From assembly GCF_900187275.1 (NCBI RefSeq), contig NZ_LT906458.1, forward strand, positions 690,001-722,000: 32,000 nt of DNA. Reading direction: 5' to 3'. The notes under the pieces are model-generated. The model saw only the letters and a program-made list of their open reading frames with translations. It was not told the DNA's origin and made no database searches. Source of the DNA: Pasteurella multocida (GTDB lineage Bacteria > Pseudomonadota > Gammaproteobacteria > Enterobacterales > Pasteurellaceae). Shown piece after piece: positions 27,501-32,000 of the stretch (the stretch's first letter is position 1; each line of letters begins with the position of its first letter). A program made the position numbers and the translations under genes.

Positions 27501-30258
27501 AAATCGTATTCACTATGCTGTGATCGGGAATCAAAATGTCAGTGTGGCAATGGATAAAAATACCGAGCTCAAATTGCGTTTAAATAAAAAACAATTTAAA
27601 CCGCATGAAGAAATCGAAATTGCGATTCATGCCCCTTATGCAGGAACAGGCTTAATTACCATTGAAAGTGATCGTGTCTATGCACATAAATGGTTTAAAG
27701 CCACCACAAACAGTTCTGTACAACGTATCCAATTACCAGAAAATTTTGAGGGTACTGGGTATGTTAATGTCCAATTCTCACGTGATATTCATTCCGATGA
27801 TATTTTTACTAGCCCATTAAGTTATGGCGTTGTGCCTTTTACAGTCAATGTAGATAATCGACGCTTAAAATTGCAGCTAGATAGCCCGAAAAAAGTGAAA
27901 TCCGGCGAAACGGTAGAATTTAAATTAAGCAGTGATAAGCCGAGTAAAGCCCTTATCTATGCAGTAAATGAGGGAATCTTACAAGTAGCAGGCTATCAAT
28001 TTACGGACCCATTAAGCTATTTCTTCCCGAAATATGCACTACAAGTACAAACTGCCCAAATCCTTGATCTTATTTTGCCTGAATTCAGCAAAGTAATGCA
28101 GTTTGCACAAACAGGTGGGGATGCGGATATGAACATGGAGCTGGCAATGAAAATGGCAATGGCAAATATGAACCCATTTAAGCGAAAAACAGATAAACCT
28201 GTCGCTTATTGGTCTGGCATTGTCGATATCCATGGTGAGAAAACCGTCAGTTATCAAATTCCAGAGGAATTTAACGGTAACTTAAAAGTCATGGCGATTG
28301 CGCTTTCTCATGACGGTAAACACTTGGGACACGTTGCAACAGAGACACTTGTTCGTAATGATTTGATTCTTTCACCAACTGTGCCACTCACGTTAACGCC
28401 GGGCGATGAATCAGAAATAAATGTTGTCATCGCGAATAACACAAATAAAGCGCAACGAGTGAATCTCAAAGCTACTCTTGAACCACAGCTAAGCTTTATT
28501 GGCGAAGCTGAAAAAGTCATTGATATTGCGCCAATGTCAGAAAGCCGTGCTGACTTTGTGATTAAAGCTACGCAAGAACTGGGTTCTACCACTATTCGCT
28601 TTATAGCGAGTTATGAAGACGCTCAGCAACAAAAAGTCGATGCTGTCCGTCATGTTACTCTTTCTGTTCGTCCAATTATGCCAAAACAATTTGCTACGCA
28701 AATTCAAAAAGTCGCGGCAGGAAAAACTGTAACGAGTCCATTACCTATGAGCCTCTTCCCACAACATCGTCAGCAGTCTGCCTTATTCTCAGCTGCGCCG
28801 CTTGCTTTAGCACAGGGGGTATCGACTTATCTAACGCATTATGATAATTACTGCACTGAACAAATGATCAGTGCCGCGATGCCAATGGTCCTCTTTAGCA
28901 AAAATCCAGCATATCAACCATTATTGACCGCACTTTCACGGAAAGCGCCTCAAAATATAGGTTCAACCGGTACGCATGATACGTTAGAAAAAGCCTTCAA
29001 GCTGTTACCAAGTCGCCAAACAGAATATGGTCACTACGGTATTTGGAATAACGTTGAAGAAGGTAACCTTTTCGTCACAGCTTATGTTGCGCATTTCTTA
29101 ATTGAAGCAAGAGAACGTCATCTCGTCTTACCAAAAGCTTGGTTTGGACAACATGGTTTATTTAACAACACAATAAGTGCATTAGAAGAACAAAGTGTGC
29201 CACAAGAAGGAGATAGCTTAGCGACACTACGTCAACGCGCTTACTCTGCTTATTTATTAACACGCTTAGCCAAAGTACCCTCCAATGCCTTATTGTCGAT
29301 TCGTACTCAGCTCGAGCAACAATTTAGTGCAGAAGAGTGGCAAAAAGACACTGTTTCTGCATGGTTGGCAGCGGCTTATCACATGCTAAAACAAGACAAT
29401 GAGGCCAATAAGTTGATTGAACCTGTTATCAATCAATTAGTTGCAGCACGCCCAGCACAATGGACATATGATGCATACAGTGACCCATTGATTAAAGACA
29501 GCACAATGTTGTATGTGATTGCACGTCACTTCCCTGTTCAGCTCTCGAAAGTTTCAGACAGTGTATTGGAACGTATCGTGCAAGATCTGAATCAGCAGCG
29601 CTATAACACACTCTCTTCTTCGATGGTATTGCTCGCATTGGATGCTTATGCACAGCAACACCAAAGTGAATTAGCAAACTTACAAATTCAACACCAAGGT
29701 AAAGAGATTAGTCAAAGTACACCGCTGTTCCGTTTTGCAGATTTAGCCGATACACAGATGGATATCAGTTTTGTCAATAATAGCCAACAACCCGCATGGT
29801 TTGCCTTAAGCCAAGTTGGCTATCCACAAAACGCCGCACAACAAGCTTTATCTCAAGGATTAGAAGTGGATCGCAGCTATACGGATAAAGAAGGGAAACC
29901 TATTCGTCAGGTTAAAATTGGCGATGTGATTTATGTCACCGTGAAAATCCGAGCAAGTACAGACTACGTGAGTGATGTCATCATCACCGATCTCTATCCG
30001 GCAGGCTTTGAAGTACTTTGGCAACAAGGTGCAGAAGATGATTTTGAAGATAGCTGGTTAGCACAACATACTGAGTTACGAGAAGATCGCTTACTCAGTT
30101 ATTTAGACGCGGAAAAAGAAATGAAAGTCTTAAAATATCAATTAAAAGCGGTCAATATTGGCACTTTCCAGATTCCGCCAATTTATGCAGAAAGTATGTA
30201 TGACCGTGCTATTAAAGCGTATTCCGCGAGTGAAGGACAAATTAAAGTCAGCAAATAA
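24541..30258 (+). CDS. Alpha-2-macroglobulin family lipoprotein with thioester motif (YfhM/ECAM-like), 1905 aa
   Basis: Signal peptide with lipobox LSGC. CTEQ thioester motif in context YDNYCTEQMISAAMP (E. coli YfhM: YPYGCLEQTASGLFP). Conserved flanks around the bait position (EFNGNLKVMAIAL). C-terminal domain LYPAGFEV...IPPIYAESMYD is collinear with YfhM. Confidence 0.93.
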   Translation: MNKQYFLSLFSTLAVALTLSGCWDKKQDEANAIQFNVNPIEITNYDETLKEVYPLVISFSGPAAPITSVNKELTQGISIEPALKGKWVWNSDTLLSFKPETDWPTGQDYRVKIDKKILNPQLHYTQKLNEPVVFKTPEFKATLVEQYFHQDPTQAQVRHAIFKLSFTHPVDRQKFEKALQVNLVRKNNDNTQNILSPLKFNVRYGEKDLVAWVNSDNVALAQSDNQYIEVKIDKNLTALLGNNSLETDIISSVKVPTKYSLDFSTGILIAQNEKNEAEQVLHLNFTHSIKGNELEKHISAYLLPEFTPENHPHWRYNLISRDVLQHAVAVPLQRLATETTYANQQSFKLDIPEKRCLYIEVQNKITALGGYEMKGALGDLACAPDYPKYVGFVGKGSILSSIGERKVTIATRNFTKVKLEIGRIQEEQLRHLIALNQGNFQNPDLGQLKIDNIADFFTKNYTLNNKKPQETTYLGIDLEKIVKQAEPAMGIYWLKVTGDSDNPNSTLRDTSQHMDWRNDASNQFSDYRLIVISDLGVIAKKAVDGTQSVFVQSISRGEPVEGATVSVISRNGSIIKSDYTNEQGVVNFSSLAHFKQELAPVMYLVSTQESLSFLPIDKYDRNLDYSRFDVGGIYASENAASLKAYLFNDRGIYRPNETLHTGIITKAQDWQLALNNIPLQFNLYSPSGMLMHKQTIRLEKSGLNSVSFTLPETAETGEWFAELLVTEKNNQTEIGSMTFQVQEFQPDNLKIKTTFNQAHAEGWVAPQDLVATVQLANLFGTPAQNRKVQANLTLQPLLPKFSQYADYRFFDNQRNKSAILYETELNEQVTDKEGKAHFPIDLTQYAENTAQMLYFTADGFENDSGRAVSTVKSVMVSAQPWLIGYQTKNDLAYLKRNTPAVVNFIAVNPKLEKVAVEHLKATLLERKYVSVLTQQASGAYKYESKLIENEIEQTTLQINAMGTDFTLNTGKSGDYVLVLSNEHDQEVNRIHYAVIGNQNVSVAMDKNTELKLRLNKKQFKPHEEIEIAIHAPYAGTGLITIESDRVYAHKWFKATTNSSVQRIQLPENFEGTGYVNVQFSRDIHSDDIFTSPLSYGVVPFTVNVDNRRLKLQLDSPKKVKSGETVEFKLSSDKPSKALIYAVNEGILQVAGYQFTDPLSYFFPKYALQVQTAQILDLILPEFSKVMQFAQTGGDADMNMELAMKMAMANMNPFKRKTDKPVAYWSGIVDIHGEKTVSYQIPEEFNGNLKVMAIALSHDGKHLGHVATETLVRNDLILSPTVPLTLTPGDESEINVVIANNTNKAQRVNLKATLEPQLSFIGEAEKVIDIAPMSESRADFVIKATQELGSTTIRFIASYEDAQQQKVDAVRHVTLSVRPIMPKQFATQIQKVAAGKTVTSPLPMSLFPQHRQQSALFSAAPLALAQGVSTYLTHYDNYCTEQMISAAMPMVLFSKNPAYQPLLTALSRKAPQNIGSTGTHDTLEKAFKLLPSRQTEYGHYGIWNNVEEGNLFVTAYVAHFLIEARERHLVLPKAWFGQHGLFNNTISALEEQSVPQEGDSLATLRQRAYSAYLLTRLAKVPSNALLSIRTQLEQQFSAEEWQKDTVSAWLAAAYHMLKQDNEANKLIEPVINQLVAARPAQWTYDAYSDPLIKDSTMLYVIARHFPVQLSKVSDSVLERIVQDLNQQRYNTLSSSMVLLALDAYAQQHQSELANLQIQHQGKEISQSTPLFRFADLADTQMDISFVNNSQQPAWFALSQVGYPQNAAQQALSQGLEVDRSYTDKEGKPIRQVKIGDVIYVTVKIRASTDYVSDVIITDLYPAGFEVLWQQGAEDDFEDSWLAQHTELREDRLLSYLDAEKEMKVLKYQLKAVNIGTFQIPPIYAESMYDRAIKAYSASEGQIKVSK
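24595..24606 (+). other. Lipobox L-S-G-C of the macroglobulin (Cys22 lipidation site)
   Basis: MNKQYFLSLFSTLAVALTLSGC|WDKK. The +2 residue is Trp and the +3 residue is Asp. Confidence 0.8.
25249..25257 (-). repeat. DNA uptake signal sequence core (Hin-type USS)
   Basis: Perfect ACCGCACTT inside the macroglobulin gene. Confidence 0.8.
28852..28863 (+). other. CxEQ thioester motif (C-T-E-Q, Cys1438) of the macroglobulin
   Basis: Codons TGC ACT GAA CAA are in frame with the ORF (28852-24541 is divisible by 3). Confidence 0.8.
28927..28935 (-). repeat. DNA uptake signal sequence core (Hin-type USS)
   Basis: Perfect ACCGCACTT inside the macroglobulin gene. Confidence 0.8.
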
Positions 30259-30273
30259 TCCCGACTAACAAAT

Positions 30274-30303
30274 ATGCCCACCAATTTGGTGGGCATTTTT
30301 TTA
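30274..30303 (+). terminator. Intrinsic terminator of the macroglobulin gene
   Basis: ATGCCCACCA-ATT-TGGTGGGCAT followed by TTTTTTT, 16 nt after the stop. Confidence 0.85.
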
Positions 30304-30339
30304 TCTGTTTTCAGCACTGAAAATAAAACGCATTCAGCA

Positions 30340-31311
<972 letters not shown>

Positions 31312-31351
31312 TCAGTTATCCTCTCACAGCACTGGCTGTATAAGAAAAAAC

Positions 31352-32000
31352 TTATTTTTTATAACGTTTATTTAATTCAGCATAACGCTTCACAGCCTTA
31401 CGAATTTGACCTGTTTTCGCTCTACGGCGAGGTTTTGTCACGTCAAGTTTCGTTTCCACCTCTGCTGGTAACCCAACTAATTCCCTTAGATAATTCACAT
31501 TGGTTAAATCCATTTCTTCCCAACCGCCTCGAGGTAACGATTTCATTAAAGAAATATTGCCATATCGAGTACGAATTAATCTGCTCACTTGTACACCTTG
31601 GGACTCCCATAGACGACGAACTTCGCGATTACGTCCCTCCATTAAAGTCACGTCGAACCATTGGTTCATGCCCACACCACCAGCAAATTTAATCTCTTTA
31701 AAATTGGCAGGACCGTCTTCTAATTGAACACCTTTTTTTAAGCGATGTAGCATCGCTTCATCAACTTGCCCGAAAACACGTACAGAATATTCACGCTCTA
31801 CTTCTCGACTTGGATGCATTAAACGGTTCGCTAATTCGCCATCGGTCGTGAAAAGCAACAATCCAGAAGTATTAATATCCAAGCGTCCGACAGCAATCCA
31901 ACGAGAACCGGTTAAACGTGGTAAACGGTCAAATACGGTCGGTCTTCCTTCAGGATCATGGCGCGTACATAACTCCCCTTCAGGTTTGTAATACATCAGT
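31352..32000 (-). CDS. rluB: 23S rRNA pseudouridine(2605) synthase RluB, C-terminal part (5' end beyond window end)
   Basis: [22 protein letters not shown]...[27 protein letters not shown] (RsuA/RluB catalytic Asp motif) and a basic C-terminal tail. The frame stays open to the window edge, so the Met at 31996 is internal. Confidence 0.92.
   Translation of the reverse strand, partial: LMYYKPEGELCTRHDPEGRPTVFDRLPRLTGSRWIAVGRLDINTSGLLLFTTDGELANRLMHPSREVEREYSVRVFGQVDEAMLHRLKKGVQLEDGPANFKEIKFAGGVGMNQWFDVTLMEGRNREVRRLWESQGVQVSRLIRTRYGNISLMKSLPRGGWEEMDLTNVNYLRELVGLPAEVETKLDVTKPRRRAKTGQIRKAVKRYAELNKRYKK

Noticed and set aside
25149-29677. Five minus-strand ORFs of 61-94 aa inside the macroglobulin gene (25149-25406, 26976-27164, 28039-28257, 28308-28592, 29492-29677)
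   Set aside because: All are antisense to a continuous 1905-codon frame with conserved motifs, lack an SD, and are of a size expected by chance.

Overview
AT-rich core-chromosome window from a Pasteurellaceae genome (Haemophilus/Aggregatibacter/Pasteurella type). By manual scan there are 14 perfect copies of the Hin-type DNA uptake signal core AAGTGCGGT/ACCGCACTT, and two inverted pairs double as intergenic terminators. I can support 26 protein genes (folC and rluB cut by the window edges) and one tRNA-Val(GAC). Most are housekeeping genes in small blocks that keep E. coli microsynteny: accD-folC, ynfK(bioD2)-mlc, rsmI / lpoA-yraN-diaA-dolP, and ribE / norM. Other genes: truA, a patatin-like lipase, rplY, a DedA-family protein, asnS, pbpC, a Gfo/Idh/MocA oxidoreductase, pykA, a CspA-family gene, tehB, dapD, cysB and rluB. 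I saw no transposase, integrase, CRISPR array, toxin-antitoxin pair or recognisable defence-system gene, and I cannot honestly claim a novel multi-gene system. Points worth a second look: (1) a 1905-aa thioester (CTEQ) alpha-2-macroglobulin lipoprotein that is monocistronic, lies 13.5 kb from pbpC instead of beside it, and has a very Met-rich putative bait segment; (2) about 430 bp of highly ordered repeats directly downstream of tRNA-Val, with no terminator before the csp terminator; (3) a monocistronic, strongly acidic 360-aa orphan protein; (4) an Mlc-like ROK regulator lacking the Zn-Cys and ROK signature motifs; (5) a perfect 25-bp palindrome between dapD and the macroglobulin gene. Smaller oddities are listed in the findings. 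All calls come from reading the sequence and ORF translations and from recalled family knowledge; no searches were run.
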